Below, piece by piece: positions 44,533-55,144 of a DNA stretch of 64,000 nt. Below the pieces are notes generated by a model. The model saw only the letters and a program-made list of their open reading frames with translations, was not told the origin of the DNA and made no database searches. How positions within the stretch are numbered: position 1 is the stretch's first letter; each line of letters begins with the position of its first letter. The position numbers were made by a program, and so were the translations under genes. The stretch comes from a virus, in the IMG/VR virus record IMGVR_UViG_3300033512_000125, positions 11,363 through 75,362 of that record, one strand, 5' to 3'.

Positions 44533-47042
44533 GACAAGTAGTAGCAGAACAACTTATAACAGAATTAACACAAACAATAGCCCTTTACCCAGGTGCTTTT
44601 AAACCAAGTACTAAAGCTCATTTTGATATTGTTAAAAGAATATCTCCAACAGTAGATGAGGTACATGTTATTATAGCTAATAATGTTAGAGAAGGTTATA
44701 CACCAGAATTATCACTTAAAATTTGGGAACAATATAAAAAATTATTACCTAATAATGTAAAAGTTTATATATCCAAAGATCCATCTCCTATTACAGAAGT
44801 TTATTCTGTAGTAAAAGATAAATCCAATAATTATGTTGTGGTTTATGGTAAAGGAGAACAAGATAGATATAACTCTATAAATGAGAATAGAGATAAATAT
44901 TCTAATGTTGATGTAGTTGATGCTGGTCAAATAGGTGATATATCTGCAACTAAATTAAGAGAAGCTATAAAAACTAGAAACAAATTAGCTATTAAATCAC
45001 TCATACCTGAAGGAATAAAAGTTAATGATTTCTTAATAAATTTTCAGATTCATGAAATAAAAGTAAATCAACCAAAAACATTAAATTTTCCTATAAATTT
45101 AGATAATCAGGAAAAAGCAATAGAAGTAGGTAAAAAATTATTTAATCTAGATTATTATTGGTTAAACGATAGAAGACCTGATTGGACTAATGCCCCTTTC
45201 AAAACACCAAATTTTGAACCATTTAATATATTTCTAGTAAATGATAATAAAAAAATTATTGACTATGAATATACAACCGAAATAGATGAAGATAAAATCC
45301 CCGGTGGTTTAGCGAAAGGAAAATCAATAGTTGATTTAGCTATCCATCACGGAGATGATTCATGGGCTTCAATTCAATTTGAGTCATTAGAAGCTCAACT
45401 TAAGAAACAGTTGGAAAAAGGTATTAAAGTTGAAATGGAACATACCACTTCAAAAGAAGTAGCAAAAGAAATAGCAATGGATCATTTATGGGAAGATCCA
45501 AAATATTATAATAAATTAGCTTCTATAGAAGAAATTAAAATAAATAAACCTGTAAAACTTTGGAAATTTGATACCGAACTTAAAATTGGGGATAGAGTAA
45601 AAATACCTCAAAAATTCATGGAGGGTGATGTATTTGTTTATTTAGGAGGGGATATTTTGAAGGATGAAAAATCTGAAAACACTTATAGTATAAAAGCTAT
45701 GAAACGTATGTATGATTGGGATTTAGAGCAGATTAAGAATGGAACCCAAACTCAAATAATAGATGAATCTAAAAATTTAGGTACTCTATATCATTTCACA
45801 AATTTACAAAATGCTTCTAATATAATCAAATCAAATCAGATAGTAGCATCAACAACAGAATCATCAGATTATCAAAGAGATTTCCAATTTTTTAAAAAGA
45901 AAGGACAAGAAGTTAGAGATAAAGGTTTAAGTTACTTAACATTTGTTTCTTTAACTCGTGATAAATTATTTTATAAAAAAAGACCTAAAATATCATCCGC
46001 ACCTATAGTAAGATTTGAATTAGATGGAAATAAATTATCTTCAAAATACAAGATAAAACCCTTTAATTATTATGCTGATGAAATAGAAAATGAAACTGAT
46101 AGATTTTATTCTAATGAAGGTGAGGAAAGAGTAAATCTGTATACTAAAGGAGAAATATCTAATTTAGATAGATATACTACTAGAATATGTGTGTTATTAG
46201 ATTTTATTGAAGATAATGAAAGTTATTTAAAACAAGCTAAAGAATTAATATCTACATATCCTGGTAAAGTTATCTCTTTATATAAGGAAAAACCAATGAG
46301 TATAGAAGATTATGAAAAAAATGTATTACCCACTATAGAACCATATAGAGATGAAGAATTTTTAGAAGAAGCTAAAAACTCTATTAAAGAAGCATTGGAT
46401 GAAATAAAAGTAAAATCTCCCCATAATAATTTATCTGTAGATAATTTTATAGAGTTATATAATAAATTAAATGTTTATTACAGTTATGAAATAAGGGATT
46501 TAATAAATACAAAATATGGTTATATAAAAACAGAAGGATTAATAAAATTTTATGAAAGACAACCTTTATTACAAAAAGTATCTTTAATGAAGGATATGAA
46601 TATACTAAATAAAAAATCTAAAGAAAATCTATTAAATACACGAGAATTAAATGAATCAATCCAAATTAATCCTAAAAAATATGTAAATATTTTAAATAAA
46701 CTTGCAGAGGAATGTTGTAGAGAGTTGGAGATACAAAAACCTAACATTATATTAATAAATAACGATAAATACACTTTAGAAAATAAAAGCTATGGGGGGT
46801 ATTTCCCCGGTAAAGATTTAATTAAGTTGGTTATATATGGAAGATTATTAAAAGACGCTTGTGTTACTCTTGTACATGAATTAAGACATCATTACCAATA
46901 TAAGAATAATTTAATAAAATCCGGAGATGGTAAAGATGGAGATGAAATTGAAAATGACAGTAATTCCTTTGCTGGTTCATATTTAAGAAAATTCGGAAGA
47001 AACAACCCAGAAATATATTTTACAAGATATGATAAAAATTAA
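44520..47042 (+). CDS. multidomain mosaic: cytidyltransferase-like + GIKVEMEH module + HExxH zincin-like, with three IKVNxP cassettes
   Basis: YPGAFKPSTKAHF (HIGH-like), ISATKLR, GIKVEMEHT..AKEIAMDHLWEDPKYY, TLVHELRH. Confidence 0.7.
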   Translation: MDNLGQVVAEQLITELTQTIALYPGAFKPSTKAHFDIVKRISPTVDEVHVIIANNVREGYTPELSLKIWEQYKKLLPNNVKVYISKDPSPITEVYSVVKDKSNNYVVVYGKGEQDRYNSINENRDKYSNVDVVDAGQIGDISATKLREAIKTRNKLAIKSLIPEGIKVNDFLINFQIHEIKVNQPKTLNFPINLDNQEKAIEVGKKLFNLDYYWLNDRRPDWTNAPFKTPNFEPFNIFLVNDNKKIIDYEYTTEIDEDKIPGGLAKGKSIVDLAIHHGDDSWASIQFESLEAQLKKQLEKGIKVEMEHTTSKEVAKEIAMDHLWEDPKYYNKLASIEEIKINKPVKLWKFDTELKIGDRVKIPQKFMEGDVFVYLGGDILKDEKSENTYSIKAMKRMYDWDLEQIKNGTQTQIIDESKNLGTLYHFTNLQNASNIIKSNQIVASTTESSDYQRDFQFFKKKGQEVRDKGLSYLTFVSLTRDKLFYKKRPKISSAPIVRFELDGNKLSSKYKIKPFNYYADEIENETDRFYSNEGEERVNLYTKGEISNLDRYTTRICVLLDFIEDNESYLKQAKELISTYPGKVISLYKEKPMSIEDYEKNVLPTIEPYRDEEFLEEAKNSIKEALDEIKVKSPHNNLSVDNFIELYNKLNVYYSYEIRDLINTKYGYIKTEGLIKFYERQPLLQKVSLMKDMNILNKKSKENLLNTRELNESIQINPKKYVNILNKLAEECCRELEIQKPNIILINNDKYTLENKSYGGYFPGKDLIKLVIYGRLLKDACVTLVHELRHHYQYKNNLIKSGDGKDGDEIENDSNSFAGSYLRKFGRNNPEIYFTRYDKN

Positions 47043-47218
47043 ATGAAGTTAAAGAAAAATAAAATTATTCCAACAATTCCGAGATTAATTAAAGAAGGTA
47101 CAATAGGAGATTGTCCTAAATGTAGAAGTACTACTATAAAAAGATTTATATGGTTTGGACGATCTATAGGATGCATCCAACCTAAATGTAATAATTATTA
47201 TAAAATTAAATAAAGAAT

Positions 47219-47743
47219 ATGACATTAATAGAACAATTAGTGGAAGGACAATATAAAATATATTGTGATTTAGATGGAGTGTTATGTGATTTTGATTCAA
47301 GGTTTGAGCACTACACAGGTATGAACCCAGACGAATATAAAAATAACGCTATATTAAAATATGGTGATAAAAAGGGTACCGAAAAATTTTGGGATGTGAT
47401 AGATAATCAAGTTGGTATGAGATTTTGGGCAGGTATGTCGTGGATGCCTGAAGGACAACAACTTTGGGATTATATAAAAAAATATAATCCAATTTTATTA
47501 ACAGCACCATCATATGAAGATTCATCAAAAGAAGGAAAAACTCTATGGGTCCAAGAACATCTTGGAGATTATCAAATAGAATTTAGACAAGCAAAGCAAA
47601 AATCTGAGTTTGCTGGTCCTAACAAAATCCTAATAGATGATAGATTAGATACTATCCAGAGTTGGAAAAGTAAAAATGGTATTGGGATATTATATGAAAA
47701 TACAGAAGATGTAATAAGAGAACTTCAAAAAATGGGAATATGA
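47219..47743 (+). CDS. HAD-family 5'(3')-deoxyribonucleotidase-like
   Basis: IYCDLDGVLCDF, ILLTAP, ILIDDR..TIQSW...GIGI. Confidence 0.8.
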   Translation: MTLIEQLVEGQYKIYCDLDGVLCDFDSRFEHYTGMNPDEYKNNAILKYGDKKGTEKFWDVIDNQVGMRFWAGMSWMPEGQQLWDYIKKYNPILLTAPSYEDSSKEGKTLWVQEHLGDYQIEFRQAKQKSEFAGPNKILIDDRLDTIQSWKSKNGIGILYENTEDVIRELQKMGI

Positions 47744-47904
47744 AATTAAAATATATAATAAATTGGTTAATGTTTTCTTTAATTATGAGTTTTTTTTTAA
47801 TCCCATTTTGTATTGATTATAAACAAGTAATTGGTGGTGGATTTATATTAGGATTTATAACTGGTGTGTTATCAAAAATTGAGGGAAATGCAAGAAAATA
47901 AAAG

Positions 47905-48483
47905 ATGAGTAAAGATACACAATTAAAAAAAGAATTTCAAGAAAAAGATTTAAGTAGAATTAGAAATATAATTGAAAAAAGATATGACGATTCTACAGGT
48001 ATTCAAATAGGATATTCTAAAGAACAAAAAGAATATAGAGAAGGTGATATCTGGGAAGAAAATGGTAAAACTTGGACTATTAAAGATGGTATAAGACAAA
48101 CTATTACCAAATTAGACTCATTTAAAAAATATTCCTCATATCCTTTGATATGTCCTTGTTGTAAAAACCATTTTAAATTACATGAGTTAAATAAAAAAAT
48201 GTATAATATACATGGAAAATGCTCTGATTGTGTTATTGAAATGGAAACTCAACTAAAAATAGAAGGAAAATATGAGGAATATGAAAAAGATTTAATGAAT
48301 AAAAATAAGAATTCTGTTTTAGATGATTTTGAACAAGCTTTAGATGAATATCTTAATTCTCCTATGGACTCCTTTTACACAGAAGATGGACAAAAAGAAA
48401 GTTGGCAAGGTGGACAAGTTGATAAGGAACATATATTAAAAATAAAAGAAGAAATAAAACAACAAAAACTTAAATCTATATAA
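47905..48483 (+). CDS. hypothetical Zn-binding protein
   Basis: EGDIWEENGKTWTIKDGI, CPCC...CSDC. Confidence 0.65.
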   Translation: MSKDTQLKKEFQEKDLSRIRNIIEKRYDDSTGIQIGYSKEQKEYREGDIWEENGKTWTIKDGIRQTITKLDSFKKYSSYPLICPCCKNHFKLHELNKKMYNIHGKCSDCVIEMETQLKIEGKYEEYEKDLMNKNKNSVLDDFEQALDEYLNSPMDSFYTEDGQKESWQGGQVDKEHILKIKEEIKQQKLKSI

Positions 48484-48507
48484 TATTTATATAATATAAA
48501 AAATAAC

Positions 48508-49065
48508 ATGGGAAATACTAAACTTAAAGAAGCTATAAAGCAAGAATTAAAAAGAAAATTACAAGAGGGTGGAGAATTACTTGATTCACAACCTGAAACT
48601 CAATTTGATATGGAAGACCAGATTGGTAATTTCTGGATTGTTAAAAAAACAATGAAGGAATCTACCGAAGATGATATTGTTTGTGAAACTGATATATTTG
48701 GTTTAGCCGAAATGATTAACAATGGCGAACTAAACAGAGAAGACATTTCTGGGATATATCAAATGGAAAATAGAGCAAGAAGAGCTGCTTTAAGAGGTGT
48801 AAGAGAAAGAGATAAAGGTATTAAAGAAGAAATTAAAGAAGGTTCTAACGTTAAAAAACAATTAGAAGATTCTATTAAAAATATTAAATTAGATATTCAA
48901 GCTAGAACACAAGAAGGAATAGATAATCCTGGTTCAAGAGATTCTGTTTCAAGTGATATATCTAATCTTTATTCTAAATTAGATAAACAAACAGAATTGT
49001 TAACAAGATTAGAAAATTCATTAGATAAAGAAACTGGAACTAAAGATGAACCTAAAGAAGATTAA
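48508..49065 (+). CDS. hypothetical late protein
   Basis: 185 aa; late motif at 48483. Confidence 0.65.
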   Translation: MGNTKLKEAIKQELKRKLQEGGELLDSQPETQFDMEDQIGNFWIVKKTMKESTEDDIVCETDIFGLAEMINNGELNREDISGIYQMENRARRAALRGVRERDKGIKEEIKEGSNVKKQLEDSIKNIKLDIQARTQEGIDNPGSRDSVSSDISNLYSKLDKQTELLTRLENSLDKETGTKDEPKED

Positions 49066-49681
49066 CAAACTATTTCTAAAAGAAATAATATTCCAACTAT
49101 TAGAGGAAGAAACCAAGTACCAACCTGGGGATAAAGTATCTTCTAAAGATGGTGAAGGTGTAGTTCGTTTATCAAAACACCCATATTATTCAGTAACTAT
49201 AGATTCCACAGGAGTTACAAAATCTTTCCATTTTGATGAAATAGAAAAAATTGAAGGTGAAGATGGAGAATTCGGAAAATATGACATAAATGAGTCTTCT
49301 TCTGAAAATTTAATAAAATTTACAGGAATAATAATTCTGAAAGATGATGTATGGATGACTGATATATTATCTAGCGTTAGAAGTATAACAGGAATTACAA
49401 TTGTAAGAAACGAAGATATAGAAACTGTAGATCGTAATGAAAAAGCAAGATTACATATTAAAATAGATCCATACCCATTTGGTTCTCAATCAGCAGAAAA
49501 AATAGAGAGAATAATTATTTCAAAAATAACCAAAATTCCTGGAGTAAAATCATTTAGTAAAACCAAACACGAAGATAAACCAAAAGAAAAACCCACAATA
49601 ATACAATCCCCAATACCTGTTTCTAGTATAGAAGATTTACAAGAAAATAAACTAAAATTTAAAATTAAAGACCCTAAATAA
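49046..49681 (+). CDS. hypothetical late protein (SH3-like + ferredoxin-fold-like segments)
   Basis: YQPGDKV..., DILSSVRSITGITIV. Confidence 0.6.
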   Translation: MNLKKINKLFLKEIIFQLLEEETKYQPGDKVSSKDGEGVVRLSKHPYYSVTIDSTGVTKSFHFDEIEKIEGEDGEFGKYDINESSSENLIKFTGIIILKDDVWMTDILSSVRSITGITIVRNEDIETVDRNEKARLHIKIDPYPFGSQSAEKIERIIISKITKIPGVKSFSKTKHEDKPKEKPTIIQSPIPVSSIEDLQENKLKFKIKDPK

Positions 49682-49695
49682 GGGTCTTTGTTTTT
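49667..49695 (+). terminator. intrinsic terminator
   Basis: AAAGACCCT-AAATA-AGGGTCTTT followed by GTTTTT. Confidence 0.8.
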
Positions 49696-49909
49696 CTAAA
49701 ATATATTTCGTATATTTACTTAAAATAAAATTATGAGATATATAATATTAATGGCTAATAAACCAACAGAGTTATCCCAAGTAATAAATGAATTTATTAA
49801 ACAACATCCTACCTGTAAATTACAAGGAGGGCCATATTGTGATAATTATGGACATTATCAAGCAATAACTATTTTAGAAACCCAACAATTAAACGATTAA
49901 ATTAAGATT

Positions 49910-51109
49910 ATGGAACAAACACAACCTGTAAGTATTGTAACTATTAAACAAAAATCTCCTTTATTTAAAGACGGACAACCTGCAGAACGAATTGAATTAA
50001 TTGAATTAGAGGAAAATGGATTTACTTTAGTATCTCAAAAAGATTTATATCAAGTAGGAGATAAAGCCGTTTATATTCAACCTGATTATAATTTATCTGA
50101 TATTTCTTTATTTGAAGGATTTTTACGTCCTGGAGGAGATGTTTCTAAAAGCATGTTAGGTAAAGTTGAGGGAGTACCACTTCGTATCAGAGCAAAGAAA
50201 TTTAATTTCTCTCGTGAAGGAAGTATTGATCCTGTTTATAGTAATGGGATTTTATTACCAAGAAAAGACGTAGCTGATTATATTTGGAAAAACGATTATA
50301 CAGATGATAACTTATTAATTCATTTTTATCAATTAGATCTTACTAAAGAACTTGGTATTACCAAATGGGAAGAACCTGAAGTACGAGATAAAGCTGGTAA
50401 TAAAGTAGGTGGAGCACGAGTATTTCCTGAAGGGCTTTATAAAACAGATGAAACCAATATCAATAATTTATGGGGTCATCTTGAAAATAAAATTACTTAT
50501 CCTGTTACTTTAATTGGTACTGAAAAAGTTGATGGTTCTAGTATTACTATTGGTGTAAAAAATGGTAAAGGATTTATTTGTTCTCGTAACCAACAATTAG
50601 ACCTTATGGTTAAAAAACATGTTGGTAGACGTGAAAAAACCTTGTTGGAAAAAATAATGTTTTGGACTAATCCAGATTTAAATCTATATAAGGAAGCAGA
50701 AAATGATTCTGATTTTGTTAAATATGGTAAACCTTATTTAGAATTACTAGAGGGATATAATGATGTGGTTTTACGTGGTGAATTAAATGGCTCGCACCTA
50801 AAAGGATCAGGTAATAAAAATAATCCAAGTTCAAAATTACCCCCAAATATCCAATTTTTCGGAATAGATTATATCAAACAAGGAATTAGTGAAAAAGTAG
50901 ATTATAATACTTTTAAATATTTTACTAATAAATTAGGTTTACCAACAGTTAAAGAAATATTTGCTAAAGAATTTAACTCAAAACAAGAAATCGAAGATGA
51001 ATGTAATAAGTTCTTCAAAACCACCCTCACAGAAGGTATTGTGATAAGAACAGAAGATAGTAAATTTTCAGCAAAATTTATGTCATTAGAATATGACAGT
51101 AAAAAATAA
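49910..51109 (+). CDS. RNA ligase (Rnl2/DRB0094-like)
   Basis: TEKVDGSS (motif I KxDG), RGELNG, FFGID, EGIVIR, AKFMSLEY; N-terminal OB-like domain. Confidence 0.85.
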   Translation: MEQTQPVSIVTIKQKSPLFKDGQPAERIELIELEENGFTLVSQKDLYQVGDKAVYIQPDYNLSDISLFEGFLRPGGDVSKSMLGKVEGVPLRIRAKKFNFSREGSIDPVYSNGILLPRKDVADYIWKNDYTDDNLLIHFYQLDLTKELGITKWEEPEVRDKAGNKVGGARVFPEGLYKTDETNINNLWGHLENKITYPVTLIGTEKVDGSSITIGVKNGKGFICSRNQQLDLMVKKHVGRREKTLLEKIMFWTNPDLNLYKEAENDSDFVKYGKPYLELLEGYNDVVLRGELNGSHLKGSGNKNNPSSKLPPNIQFFGIDYIKQGISEKVDYNTFKYFTNKLGLPTVKEIFAKEFNSKQEIEDECNKFFKTTLTEGIVIRTEDSKFSAKFMSLEYDSKK

Positions 51110-51884
51110 AATTATGAAAAAATTTGTAATAGGTGACATACATGGTAATAGAAAGGGTTTGATTCAATGTCTCGAACGCGCTAATTTTGATTATAAAAAT
51201 GATCATTTAATTACACTTGGGGATATTGTTGATAGAGGACCTGAGACTTATGAATGTATTGAAGAACTCCTAAAAATAAAAAATAGAATTGATATTAAAG
51301 GGAATCATGATAAGGTTTGGGAAACATGGATTCATACCGGTTTTCATGAGTTAGATTTTCATCACGGAGCTATTTCTACTATACAGTCATATGTAGATCA
51401 CATTGAAGACGATTTAGGATATAATAGATTTATTAAATATAATAATGGAGGATTGATAACTAATTTATCTAAAATAGATATTCCTAAATCCCATATTAAT
51501 TTTTTTAAAAATCAAGTATATTATTATATAGATGAAGAAAATAGATGTTTTGTTCATGGTGGTTTTGATAGATATGAGTCTATTATAAATCAAGATGAAG
51601 AAAATCTTATTTGGGATAGAAGTTTAGTTAGATCTGTTTTATCTTATAAACCATTTAATGGAGATAAATTTAAAATATTAGATGATTTTAAAGAAATTTA
51701 TGTAGGCCACACACCAACAATATCTTGTGGGTTAGGAATATCTCCCCACTTTCAAGGACCTGTAATTATGATGGATACTGGAGGGGCTTATCCTGAAGGT
51801 AAAGTAACAATAATGAATATAGATACTAAAGAATATTTTCAAAGTGATTTAGGAAATACTCTATATGAAAAATTTTCAAGGTAA
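51093..51884 (+). CDS. metallophosphoesterase (Ser/Thr phosphatase-like)
   Basis: GDIHG, GDIVDRG, GNHD, FVHGG, VGHT, DTG. Confidence 0.9.
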   Translation: MTVKNKIMKKFVIGDIHGNRKGLIQCLERANFDYKNDHLITLGDIVDRGPETYECIEELLKIKNRIDIKGNHDKVWETWIHTGFHELDFHHGAISTIQSYVDHIEDDLGYNRFIKYNNGGLITNLSKIDIPKSHINFFKNQVYYYIDEENRCFVHGGFDRYESIINQDEENLIWDRSLVRSVLSYKPFNGDKFKILDDFKEIYVGHTPTISCGLGISPHFQGPVIMMDTGGAYPEGKVTIMNIDTKEYFQSDLGNTLYEKFSR

Positions 51885-52567
51885 TGAAAAAATTAACATT
51901 TATAAGTGATACTCATACTAGAGAACAATTAATCACCCCAGACTTACCTGGGGGTGATTTTTTATTTCATTCTGGAGACATAATGAATTCAGGTTATAAT
52001 CCTCAAGATATAGAAAATTTTTGTTCTTGGTTTGATTCTTTATCTAACTACAAATATAAAATTTTCATAGCAGGTAATCATTGTCGCTTATTTGAAGATA
52101 ACCCACAACAGGCTTTAGAAATAGTAAATAAATATAAAAATATTATATATTTACAGGATTCATTTGTTGTATTAGATGGTATAAAAATATATGGATCTCC
52201 ATGGCAACCTGAATTTTATAATTGGGCTTTTAATTTACCTAGAAATGGATATGGATTAGCCTCTAAATGGGAAATGATCCCTAAAGATATAGATATATTG
52301 TTAACTCATGGTCCTGCTTATGGTTATGTAGACACGGTAAAGGGAAGAGAATATGATCATTTAGGATGCGAATTATTACAAGATAGAATACTACAAATCC
52401 AACCTAAAATCCATTCATGTGGTCATATTCATTCAGGTTATGGTTATACATCAAATAAAAATACCCACTTCTTTAATGCATCTGTTTTATATGAAGATTA
52501 TAATTATAGTCAAAAACCATGGAATGTTGAGTGGGATAAAAAAACTAATATATTAAATATCCTTTAA
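51884..52567 (+). CDS. metallophosphoesterase
   Basis: SDTH, HSGD, AGNH, LTHGP, CGHIH. Confidence 0.9.
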   Translation: MKKLTFISDTHTREQLITPDLPGGDFLFHSGDIMNSGYNPQDIENFCSWFDSLSNYKYKIFIAGNHCRLFEDNPQQALEIVNKYKNIIYLQDSFVVLDGIKIYGSPWQPEFYNWAFNLPRNGYGLASKWEMIPKDIDILLTHGPAYGYVDTVKGREYDHLGCELLQDRILQIQPKIHSCGHIHSGYGYTSNKNTHFFNASVLYEDYNYSQKPWNVEWDKKTNILNIL

Positions 52568-52593
52568 ATATTTATATGATATAAAATAATCAT

Positions 52594-53058
52594 ATGAAAA
52601 AAAATAGATTAAAAGAAATAATCAAAGAAGTTCTTCTTGAAGAAAAAGGATATTCAAAATATATTCCTGGGGGAAAGACTGATGGATTAACTCAAGATAC
52701 ATTAGAACAAATATTATTAAATATTGCTAATGAGGAAGAAATTGAAGAAAAGTATGAAGGTGATCCTGAACGTGGTAATAAAATTCTAGATACAGCTGAT
52801 CAAGAAAATGTAGATCGTATTTTAAGAGGTGAAGAACCTGAAGTAGACAGAATGAAAGAATTAGCTGGGTTAAAAAAAGAAATAACAGTAAATGACCCTT
52901 CCGATCCTAATTTAAAATATAAACCTTTATTAGATAAATATAATATAGATAAAGATTGGTTACTCCTCCACTTAGGTGATATTGATGATTTAACACCAGA
53001 AGAATGGGATGATTTAGAATATGTAGAAGATAGAATCCAAGCTCATTTAGATCAATAA
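52594..53058 (+). CDS. hypothetical acidic late protein
   Basis: MKKNRLKEIIKEVLLEE; RMKELAGLKKEITVNDP. Confidence 0.65.
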   Translation: MKKNRLKEIIKEVLLEEKGYSKYIPGGKTDGLTQDTLEQILLNIANEEEIEEKYEGDPERGNKILDTADQENVDRILRGEEPEVDRMKELAGLKKEITVNDPSDPNLKYKPLLDKYNIDKDWLLLHLGDIDDLTPEEWDDLEYVEDRIQAHLDQ

Positions 53059-53843
53059 TGACTCCACAACAAATACAACAAAAACTATCCAAAGGTGATG
53101 AAGTCCGTTTTAAAAACGGACTAATCCTGTATTATGTTGGTCCGAAAGATAATATCACTGGTTGGTTTAAAGAAAACCATGGTTCAACCAATACAGTAAA
53201 ACAATATAAATATATTGAAAAAATCCAAGGTAGACCTATAAACGAACAAAAAATGGAATTTAAAAAACTTCTAAAAGAAGAATTAGAAAACGCTATACAA
53301 TCCCAAAAAAAAGAAACACTTACTTTTGAAAGCGATCCTATAGAATATATAATTCAAAGATATCCATCATTAGATGCTACTATGATAGATTTAATGACTA
53401 ATACTTATAGAGACTATCTTACAGGTATTTATGTTATGGCTCCAAAACCGACAACATTTAAGATACTACTTCACAACGGACAATCATTTTACCTAATATA
53501 TAACCCAAAAGCGTATATTGCAAAAATATCAGGAAAGCAATACCATTTGATGTCTTTAAAAGATGAAGAATATGCTGTTAAAGCTATATCGAGATTACTA
53601 TTAATGGGTATTCCTCCAAGTTCTCCTGGTCCTGATGGAGAAGTAGAAAATGAGGCAGATGGTAAAGATGATTTCATATCTGATATGACTTCAGAACCTG
53701 ATTTAGGGTTAGATGGAATTGATGCTTCACCAGAAACAGAACCTGGGGAAGAACCCACTGAAGAACCTGAAGAAGAATTACAAGAACAAGAAGAACCTAA
53801 AAAGAAAATACCTACAAGATTTAGAATTATAAAAAATAAATGA
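53058..53843 (+). CDS. hypothetical protein
   Basis: 261 aa; acidic EEP-rich tail. Confidence 0.65.
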   Translation: MTPQQIQQKLSKGDEVRFKNGLILYYVGPKDNITGWFKENHGSTNTVKQYKYIEKIQGRPINEQKMEFKKLLKEELENAIQSQKKETLTFESDPIEYIIQRYPSLDATMIDLMTNTYRDYLTGIYVMAPKPTTFKILLHNGQSFYLIYNPKAYIAKISGKQYHLMSLKDEEYAVKAISRLLLMGIPPSSPGPDGEVENEADGKDDFISDMTSEPDLGLDGIDASPETEPGEEPTEEPEEELQEQEEPKKKIPTRFRIIKNK

Positions 53844-55144
53844 GTGTAAGTTTATCACCAGACCAGTTATTGAAACCTTATCATTCTAATCATGAATTTT
53901 ATGGTTTATATCAAGACCGAGGAGAACGATTTTTAGAAAAAATAGAAAAACAAGAACCATTTGAATTAACAGATGGTTCTTCTTCAACTATATCTAAAAG
54001 TTCACCTGGTGTTAGATTATTAATGGAAAAAAACTATAAAGAATTAGGTGGAGGTAAAAAATTATTTTATAAAGAAGGAGGAGAATTTATTTCATTATCT
54101 CAATTTATAAAAACAGCAGAATTTGGTTCAAATAATGGGCAAGGGGCTGGTTCTAAAAATACAGCAATACAAGAGAGCACTCAATGTGTTTTTAATTCTA
54201 TGTTGCGTTCACTACAGAAAACATATCTTGATGTAGAAGATATAACAATGGAAAATATATCATCTTCATATCAATACTGCAATACAACAACTCCTTGGGA
54301 AGAGATATATGAATTTTCCCAAATACCATCTTGGCAACAATCATTCCTTACTTCATCTAACATACTTCAAGAATATGTAGGAGAAATGGAATACGAAAAT
54401 CATCGTGATTCATTATTTGTAGATTCTATATATAATTCCTATAAAGAAAACGGTAATTTTCAATTAGATAAATGGAATCCGGCAGATATATGGCTTGTAA
54501 AAGATCATGTTTTAAACACAAGATTCTCAAGTAGTCTCGATGAATTAAATCAACAAATAGAAAATATGTTTGATAAAAAAGAATTAATTGGTGTTTCATT
54601 AAAAAAGATTGGAAAAGAACCTAAAGTCGAGATTAAAAACAAAAAGAAAACAAAGAAACAATATAAATATCTTGGTTATAAAACTACATATAAAAGCAAA
54701 GATGTTAAATTATTATTTGATGGAGGTCAAATATGTTTTAGAACATTTAATTTTGGTACTAATTGGGCTGGAGAAATTTTAGGTAAAACAGCATCTCATG
54801 GTAAAATAGGTTTTGGAGCTATAAATGCAATTTTAAAAAAATATAATTGTGGTTTAAAAACAACAAAAGAGATTAAGCAATTATGGGAAGAACATGAATA
54901 TATTGGTATAAGTTCTTTAATGATATTATTTACAACTAAAATGGAAATCTTACCTAAAGAAGATTTTAATATATTTATACAGGAGAAGAATATTGATTGG
55001 AGAGTTTCTAAACTATTGGGATTACAACTTGTATCTAAAATAGAAAACCAACCAATTGATATACAAAATAAAATTATAACAGAAATAATAAATTATGCTT
55101 CATCTGAACTAGATGAATCTTCTGTTTATTTAAAAATATCATGA
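53840..55144 (+). CDS. hypothetical protein, possible PD-(D/E)xK-like nuclease
   Basis: QES, DKWNPADIW, GVSLKK motifs. Confidence 0.55.
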   Translation: MSVSLSPDQLLKPYHSNHEFYGLYQDRGERFLEKIEKQEPFELTDGSSSTISKSSPGVRLLMEKNYKELGGGKKLFYKEGGEFISLSQFIKTAEFGSNNGQGAGSKNTAIQESTQCVFNSMLRSLQKTYLDVEDITMENISSSYQYCNTTTPWEEIYEFSQIPSWQQSFLTSSNILQEYVGEMEYENHRDSLFVDSIYNSYKENGNFQLDKWNPADIWLVKDHVLNTRFSSSLDELNQQIENMFDKKELIGVSLKKIGKEPKVEIKNKKKTKKQYKYLGYKTTYKSKDVKLLFDGGQICFRTFNFGTNWAGEILGKTASHGKIGFGAINAILKKYNCGLKTTKEIKQLWEEHEYIGISSLMILFTTKMEILPKEDFNIFIQEKNIDWRVSKLLGLQLVSKIENQPIDIQNKIITEIINYASSELDESSVYLKIS

